From an uncultured Gemmatimonadales bacterium (GTDB taxonomy: Bacteria > Gemmatimonadota > Gemmatimonadetes > Longimicrobiales > Gaopeijiaceae), in assembly GCA_963823035.1 (NCBI GenBank), contig CAWGKG010000018.1, positions 128,001 through 192,000 on the forward strand: DNA of 64,000 nucleotides. Reading direction: 5' to 3'. Position numbers and translations under genes: made by a program. Within the stretch, counting starts at the first letter, position 1. Every line of letters starts with the position of its first letter. A model generated the notes under the pieces. That model had not been told where the DNA came from. It made no database searches and saw nothing but the letters and a program-made list of their open reading frames with translations. Positions 13,545 through 26,189 of the stretch are shown piece after piece.

Positions 13545-14740
13545 CGGCTCGGTCTCCCTCCCTCCGCCTGCACGTCCTCGACCAGGCGCACCGGCGTGTC
13601 GTGCGCGAGGTAGGCATGCCCGTCCACGAGCACGATCTCGCCCGGCTCGACCGTCCCCTCCTCACCCGGGAGGATCTCCACGTACTCCTCGTTCTCGCGA
13701 CCGGTGGTGACGTAGCGCCACTTGGCCAGTCCCTGCCGCTCGTCGCCTTCGTAGACGAAGAGCATCGTTCTCCTTCGTCCCTCCCCCCGCTCCAGGATCG
13801 CGGAGCGAGGCACCAGGATCCGGTCCGGGAGCGCCTCCGCGTCCAGCGACACTTCCGCGTACATCCCCGGCTTGATCCGCTGGTCCGTGTTCCTGAGCAG
13901 CACGGTCACCCGCCCCGTCCGGCTCTCCGGATCCACCACCGGGTTGATCGTCTCGACCGACCCGGTGAAGACCTCTCCCGGGTACGCGGCGAAGCGCACC
14001 TCCGCGCGCCGCCCGGCCGTGAGGAAGCCCAATTCCGCCTCGAGGACCTGGACCTCGACCTTGATGGGATCGAGGTCGACGACCGTCATCAGCTCCGCGC
14101 CCGCGGTGACGTGCTGGCCCTCGACGACCTTGAGGTCCGCGACCCTCCCGGCGAAAGGCGCCTGCACCCTGCTTCGGTCCAGCTCGAACTCGGCCTGACG
14201 AAGCGCCACCTCCTTCTGGTCCAGCCCGCTGCGTGAGCGGGCGATACGCTCACGCTCGGCGCGCACGGACGGGTCCGTGATCTCGTCGTCGAACAGCACG
14301 ATCTGGCGGTAGTCCGCCTCGGCCGCACGCAGGTCGGCCTGCGCCTGGGCAACGCGCAGCGCGTACTCCGTGGTGTCGATCTGGAGGAGCGGCGTGCCCG
14401 CGTCCACGCGCTGGCTCTCGCGCACTGCGATCGAGGTGACCATCCCCTCGACCTGGGCGTTCAGCTCGGCGCGCCTGTACGCCTCCGCCTGGCCCGACGC
14501 GCTCACGCGGATCCAGAGGGTGTCCCGGATGACCTTCGCGCCCGAGACCGGCTGGGGCACGCTGGTGGAGAACTGATCGGTGCCGGAGGTCTGCGGGAGG
14601 TCCGACGCGGTGGAGTCGGCCGCGGCCTCGGTGGTGGCGGCATCCGCCTTCCCCCCGAGACGCCACCAGACGCCGGCCGCCAGGACGACGAGGATGAGGA
14701 CCAGGGTGACGAGGCTGAGGGTCCGTCGGGAGAAGTCCAT
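13541..14740 (-). CDS. RND periplasmic adaptor (MFP) subunit
   Basis: N-terminal TM, lipoyl-like halves (VQAPFAGRV), INPVVDPESRT, IKPGMYA. Start at ATG 14740 (MDFSRR). Confidence 0.9.
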   Translation of the reverse strand: MDFSRRTLSLVTLVLILVVLAAGVWWRLGGKADAATTEAAADSTASDLPQTSGTDQFSTSVPQPVSGAKVIRDTLWIRVSASGQAEAYRRAELNAQVEGMVTSIAVRESQRVDAGTPLLQIDTTEYALRVAQAQADLRAAEADYRQIVLFDDEITDPSVRAERERIARSRSGLDQKEVALRQAEFELDRSRVQAPFAGRVADLKVVEGQHVTAGAELMTVVDLDPIKVEVQVLEAELGFLTAGRRAEVRFAAYPGEVFTGSVETINPVVDPESRTGRVTVLLRNTDQRIKPGMYAEVSLDAEALPDRILVPRSAILERGEGRRRTMLFVYEGDERQGLAKWRYVTTGRENEEYVEILPGEEGTVEPGEIVLVDGHAYLAHDTPVRLVEDVQAEGGRPSR

Positions 14741-14934
14741 TTCTGCTCGCTCTCGGGCGCGTGGCTGACGCGACAGGTCGGCTGGGGGCCGCGTCGACCG
14801 AAGTCGCCCTCTGTGACGCTGGGGATGCCGGCGAGCGTTGCCGCCGACACCTGTAGAGGATCCTTCCGAGAGGGGAAGAACAAGGTACGGAGCCAGCGCG
14901 CACCCCCGCAAACCGTCCCCTGGGCCTCCCCGTC

Positions 14935-15465
14935 TTGGAGCCCCCCCTTCCCAGCGGTACCTTACGCGTCGTGCGCGCGAACCCTTCCCAAGGTCCGACC
15001 CCAGGTCGGAGGCGGACAGGCCTGGTCACCGTCGTGGGCCTGACGCTGATCGGCGTCGTGGTGGTGGTCGTCTGGATGCTCGGCCGGGCCGCGAACGAAC
15101 GGGGGACGACGGAGGCGCTCGCCCCCTGGGCGGGTGCTCCGCTCCCCGAACGCGACGACCCGATCGACGCCCCGCTCGCCGCGCTCGGAGCGGGCGTCTT
15201 CGAGCGACACTGTGCCGCCTGCCACGCCGTGACCGGAGAGCCGAAGATCGGCCCGAACCTGGCCGGCGTGACGCTGCGTCGCGAGGCGGCGTGGATCCGG
15301 GCCATGGTGCTGCGTCCGGACTCGATGACGCGCGACGACCCCGTGGCGGCCGCGCTCAAGCAGGGCTACGGCGTGCAGATGATGGTCGTCGGCGAGGTCG
15401 GCGAGGCGCGCGCGCGGGCCGTGATCGAGTTCCTCCGGCGCGTCGATGGCCAGGGCGGGTCCTGA
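14935..15465 (+). CDS. membrane-anchored monoheme cytochrome c
   Basis: TM helix, CAACH heme motif, IGPNLAGVT, distal Met (VQMM). Start uncertain. Confidence 0.8.
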   Translation: MEPPLPSGTLRVVRANPSQGPTPGRRRTGLVTVVGLTLIGVVVVVVWMLGRAANERGTTEALAPWAGAPLPERDDPIDAPLAALGAGVFERHCAACHAVTGEPKIGPNLAGVTLRREAAWIRAMVLRPDSMTRDDPVAAALKQGYGVQMMVVGEVGEARARAVIEFLRRVDGQGGS

Positions 15466-15503
15466 GGGAGGTCCGTCCGGAGGACGGAACTGTCGCGCCG
15501 CCC

Positions 15504-16751
15504 CTACTCCGCGGCCGCCCCCGCCGGTACTCCCCCACCGTAGCGCCGCTTCACGTAGTCGAGGAGGATCCCCTTGAACTCCTCGACCAGCCCCGCGCCC
15601 TTCAGGGTGAGCGCGTGCTCGCCGTCGATGTAGACCGGCGCCTTCGGCTCCTCGAACGTGCCCGGCAGGCTGATGCCGATGTTCGCGTACTTCGACTCGC
15701 CCGGGCCGTTCACCACGCACCCCATCACCGCCACCTCCATCGACTCCACGCCGGGGTAGGCCTTTCGCCAGGCGGGCATGCTGTCGCGAAGGTAGGAGGT
15801 GATGTCCTCGGCCATCTCCTGGAAGAACGTGCTCGTGGTGCGGCCACACCCCGGACAGGAAGTCACCTGCGGCTCGAAGTGGCGGATGTCGAGCGATTGG
15901 AGGACCTGCTGGGCGACGCGCACCTCCTCCGCACGATCGCCGCCCGGGCGCGGGGTCAGAGACACGCGGATCGTGTCGCCGATACCCTCGAGGAGGAGCG
16001 GAGCCAGCCCGGCCGTGGTGGCCACGATCCCCTTGGCCCCGAGCCCCGCCTCCGTGAGGCCGAGGTGCAGCGGATAGTCGCAGCGCTGGGCGAGCATGCG
16101 GTACACGTAGATGAGGTTCCGCACCGTCGACACCTTCGTCGAGATCACGATGCGGTCGTGGCCCAGACCCGTCTCCTCGGCGAGGGCGGCCGAGCGGACC
16201 GCACTCTCCACCATCGCGTCCATCAGGACCGCCTCGGCGTCCTTCGGCTCGGGGAGGGCCGCGTTGGCGTCCATCAGCTCGGTGAGCAGGCGCTGGTCCA
16301 GGGAGCCCCAGTTCACACCGATCCGCACCGGCTTGTCGTGGTCGATGGCGACCTGGACGATCTGCTGGAAGTTCGCGTCCCTGTGCTTCGTGCCCACGTT
16401 GCCCGGGTTGATGCGCAGCTTCGCGAGAGCCTCGGCGCAGTCCGGGTACTTCGTCAGCAGGAGGTGGCCGTTGTAGTGGAAGTCGCCGACGATCGGCGTG
16501 CGGTAGCCCTCGTCGCGCAGCCTGCGCACCATCTCCGGGACCGCCTGCGCGGCCGCGTCGTGGTTCACCGTCACGCGCACCAGCTCGCTGCCGGCATCGG
16601 CCAGGAGCTTCACCTGCGCCAGGGTGGAGGCGACGTCCGCGGTGTCGGTGTTCGTCATCGACTGGACGACCACCGGCGCCTCGCCGCCCACCGTCACGCC
16701 CCCGACGTCCACCGGAACGCTTTTCCTGCGCTCTACTCCGATCACGAGCAT
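15504..16751 (-). CDS. ispG: (E)-4-hydroxy-3-methylbut-2-enyl-diphosphate synthase
   Basis: [53 protein letters not shown]. Confidence 0.96.
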   Translation of the reverse strand: MLVIGVERRKSVPVDVGGVTVGGEAPVVVQSMTNTDTADVASTLAQVKLLADAGSELVRVTVNHDAAAQAVPEMVRRLRDEGYRTPIVGDFHYNGHLLLTKYPDCAEALAKLRINPGNVGTKHRDANFQQIVQVAIDHDKPVRIGVNWGSLDQRLLTELMDANAALPEPKDAEAVLMDAMVESAVRSAALAEETGLGHDRIVISTKVSTVRNLIYVYRMLAQRCDYPLHLGLTEAGLGAKGIVATTAGLAPLLLEGIGDTIRVSLTPRPGGDRAEEVRVAQQVLQSLDIRHFEPQVTSCPGCGRTTSTFFQEMAEDITSYLRDSMPAWRKAYPGVESMEVAVMGCVVNGPGESKYANIGISLPGTFEEPKAPVYIDGEHALTLKGAGLVEEFKGILLDYVKRRYGGGVPAGAAAE

Positions 16752-16948
16752 CCTCGGCTTCCAAGGTCCGTCCGGCCCCTCGCGGCCCGGATCGCGACGC
16801 GCAGGAATCTACCCCGGCGCACAGGAGGGGTCCAAGCGCCGCGCCCATGGGGAGCCGGATCGGCCGGCCGGCCAGGAACCGCCGTTCCCATCGGGGGTTG
16901 AGAGGCGGGCAGCCCCACCCAGCGAGCCGAGAACCCGGGAGTGTGTTC

Positions 16949-17170
16949 GTGTCCGAAGACATGAAGATCATCGTGCGTCCCCACGGCTCCCTCAAGGTCG
17001 AGGGGAACGTCCCGCTCTTCGACAGCGACGGGAACCGGATTCCGACCCCCGAGGACCGCCCCTATTCCCTCTGTCGGTGCGGACATTCGAAGGACAAGCC
17101 TTTCTGTGACGCGTCGCACAAGACGTGCGCGTGGGATCCCACGCTCGGCCCCCGGGCCCAGTTCTCCTGA
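16949..17170 (+). CDS. CDGSH iron-sulfur domain protein
   Basis: LCRCGHSKDKPFCDASH motif. Start is GTG 16949 or ATG 16961. Confidence 0.85.
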   Translation: MSEDMKIIVRPHGSLKVEGNVPLFDSDGNRIPTPEDRPYSLCRCGHSKDKPFCDASHKTCAWDPTLGPRAQFS

Positions 17171-17209
17171 CGGGGGCTGCCGCGCCTCCGCCGCTCCTCT
17201 TCCCCGGCC

Positions 17210-18314
17210 ATGCGCATCGCCGCCCACAACGGCTCCCGAAGCTACGGGGGCGGTGAGAAGTGGACGGTGCTCCTGCTCGAGGGCCTCCGGGCCCGCGGGC
17301 ACGACGTACACCTGTTCTGCAACTTCGAGGTGGTGGCCGAGCAGGCCCGCGCCCGCGGCGTGGAAGCTTCGATCGCGGTCCTCGGCGGCCACCTGGCACT
17401 TCATCAGGTCCTGACGTTCAGGAGGCAATCTGCGCGCGCAGGCTCCCGACGCGCTGCTCATCTCCACCTTCAAGAAGACCTGGCTCGGCGGCATGGCGGC
17501 CAAGGCGGCCGGCGTGCCCACGGTGGTGTCGCGCATCGGCCTCGACACCGACCTGCCGGGCAAGCACTGGAGCTACCGGCTCGCCTTCCGGCGGTGGATC
17601 CACGCGGCGCTGGTGAACGCCGACGGCATCCGGCGCGCGCTGGTGGCGGGTCTGCCCGACTACGATCCCGCTCGCGTGGCCACGGTCTACGACGGGATCT
17701 CGCTCGACCGGGCTCCGGTGAGTGCCGCCGAGGCACGGCGGGCGCTCGGCCTTCCTCCGGACGTGCCGGTCGTCGGTTCGGTGACGCGCCTCAGCGCGCA
17801 GAAACGTCTGGACCGGATGCTCGAGACCCTGGCCCTCCTGCCCGGTGTGCACGGCGTGCTGGCGGGCGAGGGGGAGCTGGAAGGGGAGCTGCGCGCCCGG
17901 GCGGACGCGCTGGGGTTGGCAGAGCGCGTGCACTTCCTCGGCTACCGGGACGACGTGGCCCGCGTGCTGTCGGCGCTCGACGTCTTCCTCCTCACCTCCG
18001 ACCGCGAGGGGATGGCCAACGCGATGCTCGAGGCGATGGCCGCCGGCGTCCCGGTGGTGAGCACGCCCGTATCCGGCGCGGACGAAGCGCTCTTCGACGA
18101 TCGCGGGCGCGTTCCCGGCCTCGTGGTCGAGCCCGATCCCCACGCGCTCGCCGCAGCCGTCCAGGGGATCCTCGACGTGCCTGCCGTCCGGGTGGCGATG
18201 GCCGAGGAGGGGCGGCGGCGCGCGGCCGGCCGCTTCTCTTTCGACGCGATGGTGACGGCGTGGGAGGGGGTGCTGGGAGGAGATCCGCCGGCGCGTTGGC
18301 ACCAGGGGGGGTAG
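17210..18314 (+). CDS. glycosyltransferase family 4; frameshift near 17430
   Basis: YGGGEKW N-terminus in ORF 17210. RLSAQKRL and SDREGMANAMLEAMAAGVPVV in ORF 17493..18314. Confidence 0.85.
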
Positions 18315-18334
18315 GGCGCACCTGTCGAGGCGCC

Positions 18335-19408
18335 TCAGAGCGCGACGGCGATCCCGCGGGCGTCCTCGCCGGCGTACCGCGTCCGGTAGCGGAAGCGGCG
18401 CTTGAGTCGGCGGGCGTCCCAGGGGCGCGTGAACTCGGTCTCGTAGTTGAACACCAGCTCGCCCCCTTCGCGGCCGACGACGACGCGCGACAGCGCGACG
18501 GGATCGGGGTGCTGGAAGTAGCTGCCGTTGGTCGAGACCAGGAAGCGCTCGCACTGGACCGCCCGCAACAGCCCCGGACTGACGTTGTGGCGGCTGCCGT
18601 GATGCGAGAGCTTGAGCGCCGCCAGCGGGAGGCGCTCGCAGCCGCGCTCGGCGGCCAGGCGGCGCAGGTTGTGCTCGAGCAGGGGCGCGAAGGCGTCGGC
18701 GGAGAGCAGCACGCTCTTGCCCTCGTACTCCAGCAGCAGCGCGATGCTCGAGCCGTTCGCCTCGGACGTGTCCGGCTCGAAGGGCTCCTCGCCCAGCGCC
18801 TCGGGGTCGAGTGCCTCCTCGCCCAGCGCGTCGGGCTGCGCCTCGGGCTCCTCGGCCGGGGCGCCGGGCACCAATCCGGCCTTCTCGACCTCGCGCTTCC
18901 ACACCGGCCGCAGGGCGGCCAGCTCCACGCGCGTCGGAGACAGGAGGGTCCAACGCAGCCCGCCCGACAACGTGTCCGACGGCAGCTCGCCGGCGTCGGG
19001 CACCTGCACCGCGTGGCCGCCGAAGTCTCCGTTCCAGGAGAGCTTGCGCCGCACGATCGCCTGGCCGAGCAACTCCCCCTGCTTGGCGCCCATCAGGTCG
19101 GACGGCAGGTGGTCCCATCCGTTGAACCACACGTCACGCGCCGCGAGCGGGAGCGCGCGATCTTCGAGCAGGCCCAGGATGCCGGTGATGTGGTCGAAGT
19201 CGATGTGGCTCACGACCAGCAGCTCGAGCGGGCGCCGCTGCACCGTCCCGTCGCCCAGCCGCGTACGCAGAAGCTCGCGTAGCCGCTCGCCGGTTGCCTT
19301 CAGCCTCGGGCCCCCGTCGATCAGCAAGCAGTATGGTTGCTCGGCGTCGCCCCACTCCACCCACAGGCTGTCGCCGTGGCCCGCGCGCAGCATCTCGATC
19401 CGGAACAT
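18335..19408 (-). CDS. ComEC/Rec2-type (Avs1a-like) MBL-fold metallo-hydrolase, putative nuclease effector
   Basis: MFRIEMLRAGHGDSLWVEW, LLIDGGP, VSHIDFDHITG (HxDxDH), NGSSIA, LLSADA, KLSHHGS, STNGSYFQHPD. ATG at 19406-19408 follows a GAGGGGGAG RBS. Confidence 0.85.
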   Translation of the reverse strand: MFRIEMLRAGHGDSLWVEWGDAEQPYCLLIDGGPRLKATGERLRELLRTRLGDGTVQRRPLELLVVSHIDFDHITGILGLLEDRALPLAARDVWFNGWDHLPSDLMGAKQGELLGQAIVRRKLSWNGDFGGHAVQVPDAGELPSDTLSGGLRWTLLSPTRVELAALRPVWKREVEKAGLVPGAPAEEPEAQPDALGEEALDPEALGEEPFEPDTSEANGSSIALLLEYEGKSVLLSADAFAPLLEHNLRRLAAERGCERLPLAALKLSHHGSRHNVSPGLLRAVQCERFLVSTNGSYFQHPDPVALSRVVVGREGGELVFNYETEFTRPWDARRLKRRFRYRTRYAGEDARGIAVAL

Positions 19409-19419
19409 GTCGCTCCCCC

Positions 19420-22446
<3,027 letters not shown>

Positions 22447-22498
22447 GGCCAACTCCTCCCGTGCATGCGGAGCTTCGTGCCCCGCGCATCGTAGTCGA

Positions 22499-23470
22499 TC
22501 AGTCCTTCGGTCGCCCACCTCCCAGCCACAGAAGCAGCAGACGGAAGGCGCGTACGACGTTCCAGGCGATCCGGCGCAGCCCCAGCGAAGCCAGCGTGCG
22601 GTCCCAGCCGAGATCGGGCGGGGACGCGGGCTCGTAGCGCTCGCAGGCGAAGGCGACGAAGCGCGTGGTCTCCAGCGTCGCCTGCTCGCGCGGCTCGAGC
22701 TCGAGCCGGACCCTCCGCTCGTTGCGCGGATCGAGTGGATCGAGGATCCACAGCTCGAGGACGGCATCGGGCAGCTCGCGCCCGCGCCAGGCGATGGCGT
22801 GGAGCGCAGACAAGGGGTCGAGCGAGCGTGTCCAGAGCACGATCGGGCGGGGCTCACCCGCTTCGAGCCGTCCGCTCAACTCGCGCCAAGCCTCGGTGTT
22901 CTGGCGTGCGATCCAGTCGACGCCACCGGGCGCCGGCAGGGCCAGGTCCATCTGCACCTGCGCCCGGGCGACCCCGCCCGACGCCGCCAGCGCGGCACGG
23001 ACGGGCACAGCGAGCCACTCGCGGGGCAGCCAGCGACGTGGAAGCAGCGCGAGCACCGCCATATCGCGCCACAGGTGCTCCAAGGTGTCCTCGAGGTCTC
23101 GCAGCGAGCGGTGCCGCACGTACTCGGTCCAGGCCTGCGCCCTTCGTCGCGCGCGCTTGGAGCCCGCGCCGTCATCGAGGTGGCGCGGCAGCGCGAGCCG
23201 GCGGGCGTGGAAGGCGTCGAGCGCCGCGAGGGCCAGCCCGCGGCGCGCCCCCCAATCGGTGCTCGACGCCTGCGCGGTCCATGCCTCGAGTCGCTCGCCG
23301 ACCCCGTACAGGTCGAGCATGGCCGCGCCGAAGCGCTCGCACAACGTCGCCAGCGCCCGCTCACGCGCCGCCTGCAGCGAGGCCTCGAGTGCCTCGACAC
23401 CGGCCGCTTCGAGTCCGGGATCGGCGCACCGGAGGCCGTCGAGGCGGGGGCGGAGGCGCGTGGACGGCAT
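22499..23470 (-). CDS. hypothetical protein, papain/C39-like fold with apparent loss of catalytic Cys; possible C-terminal hydrophobic helix
   Basis: WGARRGLALAALDAF...AWRELSGRLEAGEPRPIVL...ALHAIAW...LWILDPLDP aligns by eye with a GLCGGM..AALD...W..L..G.P.PI.L...NHQVLAY...YDPN.P family pattern. Confidence 0.5.
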   Translation of the reverse strand: MPSTRLRPRLDGLRCADPGLEAAGVEALEASLQAARERALATLCERFGAAMLDLYGVGERLEAWTAQASSTDWGARRGLALAALDAFHARRLALPRHLDDGAGSKRARRRAQAWTEYVRHRSLRDLEDTLEHLWRDMAVLALLPRRWLPREWLAVPVRAALAASGGVARAQVQMDLALPAPGGVDWIARQNTEAWRELSGRLEAGEPRPIVLWTRSLDPLSALHAIAWRGRELPDAVLELWILDPLDPRNERRVRLELEPREQATLETTRFVAFACERYEPASPPDLGWDRTLASLGLRRIAWNVVRAFRLLLLWLGGGRPKD

Positions 23471-23501
23471 CGCCACGGGCGCTCTGCTCAGCCGCGGGCG
23501 G

Positions 23502-23747
23502 TCACGACAACCCCCGTCGGCCGCGTCGCCGGCGCTGCGCTTCAGCATGCCCCTCCAGCAAGCGACGCAACTCGTCCAGCCCCCCGGAGGACTTGCTGTG
23601 ATCGAGCTGCAGCACCAACCCGCAGCCGCCGCAGACCAGCTCACCGCGACCCAGCAGGGCGTTCACGTCCGCCCGCACGTGCGCGCCGCAGACCGGACAG
23701 TCGAAGCCGGGCTCGCCCCGGGGGCCGGGCCCCTCAGCGATCGTCAC
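23502..23747 (-). CDS. small zinc-ribbon protein
   Basis: FDCPVCG-x15-VCGGCG followed by a helix. The GTG start overlaps the upstream gene end by 14 bp. Confidence 0.7.
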   Translation of the reverse strand: MTIAEGPGPRGEPGFDCPVCGAHVRADVNALLGRGELVCGGCGLVLQLDHSKSSGGLDELRRLLEGHAEAQRRRRGRRGLS

Positions 23748-24474
23748 GGGCGCTTGGCGGCGGATCGACGGGCGGAGCGGGCGGTGCCTCCGGCGTGGGG
23801 AGCTCGCCCGCCTCGCGCACCTGGATGTTGTGCTCGAGCAGGTTGAACAGGCGCGCCATCCCGGCCGGCACGTCCGCCTGAGCCACACGTACCTTGACGT
23901 GCACCTGCATCTCCATCGACTGGCGGCCGTCGACGCGCGTGGAGCGGGGGCGACCCAAGGCACCCTTGAATTCCACACGCCTTCCCATGCGCTCGCTCAA
24001 CCGATCGAGGTCGGAGCGCGGTTCGGACGCGGCATCCGACGCGGCATCGCCGCCGCCCGGAGCCTGCTCCTGCTGCGGCTGCTGCGCCGTCTCCGCGTGA
24101 TAGCTGGCGACGTCGACGATCTTGACGAAGAAATCCAGCTCGGCGTCCTGGATCTGCAGGGCCGGCACGGGCAGCAGCGAGAGCAGCGGCACCTCGACCT
24201 GCATGTCGCGCTGCGTTCCGTCGGGCCCGGCGCGCTGCAGGCGGAAGCGCGCCATGCGCAGGTCGCCCAGCTCCAGGCCACCCGGGCCGGACTCCGCCTC
24301 CGGCTTTCCCGCCCGCGGCTCGAAGCCGAAGCGCTCGATGAACTCCGCCGTGGCCTGGGCGGACTGCGACTCCGCGTCGACCAGAGCGTGCAGCGGCGCG
24401 CCGATCAGCTGATACAGCGACAGGGCCGGGTACACGCCGTGCGAGTCTTTCGCCGGGTTGCGGGCTTCAGGCAT
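23734..24474 (-). CDS. DUF2589 domain protein
   Basis: LIGAPLHALVDAE...FIERFGF...VEVPLLSLLPVPALQI...VHVKVRVAQADVPAGMARLFNLL, the same pattern as its paralogue at 25342. Confidence 0.8.
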   Translation of the reverse strand: MPEARNPAKDSHGVYPALSLYQLIGAPLHALVDAESQSAQATAEFIERFGFEPRAGKPEAESGPGGLELGDLRMARFRLQRAGPDGTQRDMQVEVPLLSLLPVPALQIQDAELDFFVKIVDVASYHAETAQQPQQEQAPGGGDAASDAASEPRSDLDRLSERMGRRVEFKGALGRPRSTRVDGRQSMEMQVHVKVRVAQADVPAGMARLFNLLEHNIQVREAGELPTPEAPPAPPVDPPPSARDDR

Positions 24475-24492
24475 GATCGGGCTCCCTGCGGG

Positions 24493-25290
24493 TCATTCCG
24501 GGCTCAGCTTGCGCCACTTGCGGCCGTCGACCTCGCCGACCTCGGACCACATGTAGTTCTGCACCGCGGCCTTGATGTGCAGCGTGGAGACGACCTCCGC
24601 CGGGACTTCACGCAGGTAGGCCGCGGTCACCTCGACCTGCACACGGCGGTCACCGCCGAGCTCGAGCGCACGCTCGACGTCCTGTGCCAACTGATCGAGC
24701 TGTTCGCGGAGCACGGCCCCACCCTCGATGGCCTGGAACAGCGGGTCGGCCTGCGCCCGCTCGACGCCCGCCTTGGACAGAAGCGCGTCCAGGAAGGCCG
24801 AGAGCAGCTCGTGCAAGCTGACATCCAGAGCGCTTCGATCGAGCTTGCCCTCCTGCACCAGGTGGCCCTGGTTGCGCTCCAGGTGCTCCAACACGTCCTG
24901 CTGCAGGTCGATGCGCGGCGACGTGCGCTGGAGCAGTCCGGCCAGGTCGGCCCAGGCCTCGTCGTCCGGGCGCTGCCGGCTCTCCGTGCGCGCGGCCTCG
25001 CTCGCGGCGTCGAAGAAGCGCTGCGCGATCCGGTACGACGCCTTCGTGAACACCGTGGCCGTCGACGTCTCGTCGCCCGCCCCGCCGGCCTCGTCGCTAT
25101 CCACCCCGCTGACGGCGAACTTCAGGTCCAGGTCGACCTCGGAGATCTCCGTGCGCGGGACCGGGAAGCGCCGCAGCAGGCTGTCCTGCTCGTAGTAGCG
25201 CGAGATCTCGCGCGAGTAGATGTCCGAGCTGAAGCGCGCCTGCGCGATGTCACGCAGGATCGCACCAACGATCTGCTGTAGGTCGGCCAT
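24493..25290 (-). CDS. hypothetical protein, divergent DUF2589-like N-terminus with helical insert
   Basis: LQQIVGAILRDIAQAR...FPVPRTEISEVDLDLKFAV parallels the helix + VP.P..I...F pattern of the two flanking genes. Confidence 0.6.
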   Translation of the reverse strand: MADLQQIVGAILRDIAQARFSSDIYSREISRYYEQDSLLRRFPVPRTEISEVDLDLKFAVSGVDSDEAGGAGDETSTATVFTKASYRIAQRFFDAASEAARTESRQRPDDEAWADLAGLLQRTSPRIDLQQDVLEHLERNQGHLVQEGKLDRSALDVSLHELLSAFLDALLSKAGVERAQADPLFQAIEGGAVLREQLDQLAQDVERALELGGDRRVQVEVTAAYLREVPAEVVSTLHIKAAVQNYMWSEVGEVDGRKWRKLSPE

Positions 25291-25341
25291 CGCGGAGAGA
25301 CTCGCTGGCGTGTGGGGCTGGCTGGACGGTTCGGCTCCGGA

Positions 25342-25947
25342 TCAACCGCCGCCGGACTTGCCGCCGCCGGACTTGCCGCCGCCGGCGGGGAGGGCCTCGG
25401 TGCGCTGGATGCTCTCGTTGAGAATCTGCAACACCGTGGCCATGCCCTTGGGCATGTCGTCCTGGACCGCATGAACGCGCACGTCGATGGTGTACTCGAC
25501 CGAGTACTTGGAGCTGGCGGTCGCGGTCGAGTCCTTCTTGCTGGAGATCGAGCCCGAGAGCTCGGCCTTGACGAACAGATAACGCGCGCTGGCCTTGAGC
25601 GAGCCCGACTTGGCGGTCGAGGACGTGGTCGACTGGGCGGTCTCGTTCGTGGCGGAGATGTTGGCCTTGAACTCGACGGTCATGTCGTCGATGCGGATGA
25701 ACGGGATCGGCACGATCGTGAGGATCGGCACCTCCAGCTCGACATCCTTGCCGGTCGAATCGCGATACCTGAAGGTGACCGTGCGCACCTTCTTGCCGTC
25801 GTCGGTGAGCGCGATGGCCTCGATGAAGTCCGCGGAGCTCATGGCCGCCTTGGCCTGCGCGTCGATCGCGGCCGTCAACGGTCCGCCGATCAGGGCTCCG
25901 AAGGGCAGGGTCCCGAGAAGGTTGGTCGCGTCCACCTGATTGGGCAT
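25342..25947 (-). CDS. DUF2589 domain protein
   Basis: LPFGALIGGPLTAAIDAQ, VPILTIVPIPFIRIDDMTVEFKANI, KYSVEYTIDVRVHAVQDDMPKGMATVLQILNESI. ATG 25947 with GGAGGG RBS. Confidence 0.88.
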   Translation of the reverse strand: MPNQVDATNLLGTLPFGALIGGPLTAAIDAQAKAAMSSADFIEAIALTDDGKKVRTVTFRYRDSTGKDVELEVPILTIVPIPFIRIDDMTVEFKANISATNETAQSTTSSTAKSGSLKASARYLFVKAELSGSISSKKDSTATASSKYSVEYTIDVRVHAVQDDMPKGMATVLQILNESIQRTEALPAGGGKSGGGKSGGG

Positions 25948-26026
25948 GGAGTTCCCTCCAGGGATCGAGAGGCGCCGACGAGAGGCGGGGCCTGCGCAGG
26001 TCCGGTGACCGGCCGCAGAGTGGGAG

Positions 26027-26055
26027 AACGTGCCGCGCGCGTAGGGGAGTGTCAA
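26027..26055 (-). promoter_or_regulatory. putative sigma70 promoter of the DUF2589 operon
   Basis: Minus strand TTGACA-17 nt-CACGTT about 80 bp upstream of ATG 25947. The -35 is perfect and the -10 is weak. Confidence 0.4.
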
Positions 26056-26189
26056 GACTGCTGTGGCCCAGCGCGACGGTCCGCTCGCGGCGTGACGGCC
26101 GGCGCCGGGGCGTCGCTCGCCAGCCCGCCGGAGCGTGCGGCGCGGGTCGACGCCGGACCCGTGCGCATCGTCGCGCGTACTATCCGCAA

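Noticed and set aside
18263..18272. GGAGGGGGTG matching the tRNA 3' end as a possible att repeat
   Set aside because: Only 10 bp, G-rich and inside the glycosyltransferase coding sequence; chance is likely.
25345..25386. 15-bp tandem repeat encoding GGKSGGGKSGGG
   Set aside because: Short low-complexity C-terminal tail; no evidence of a separate function.
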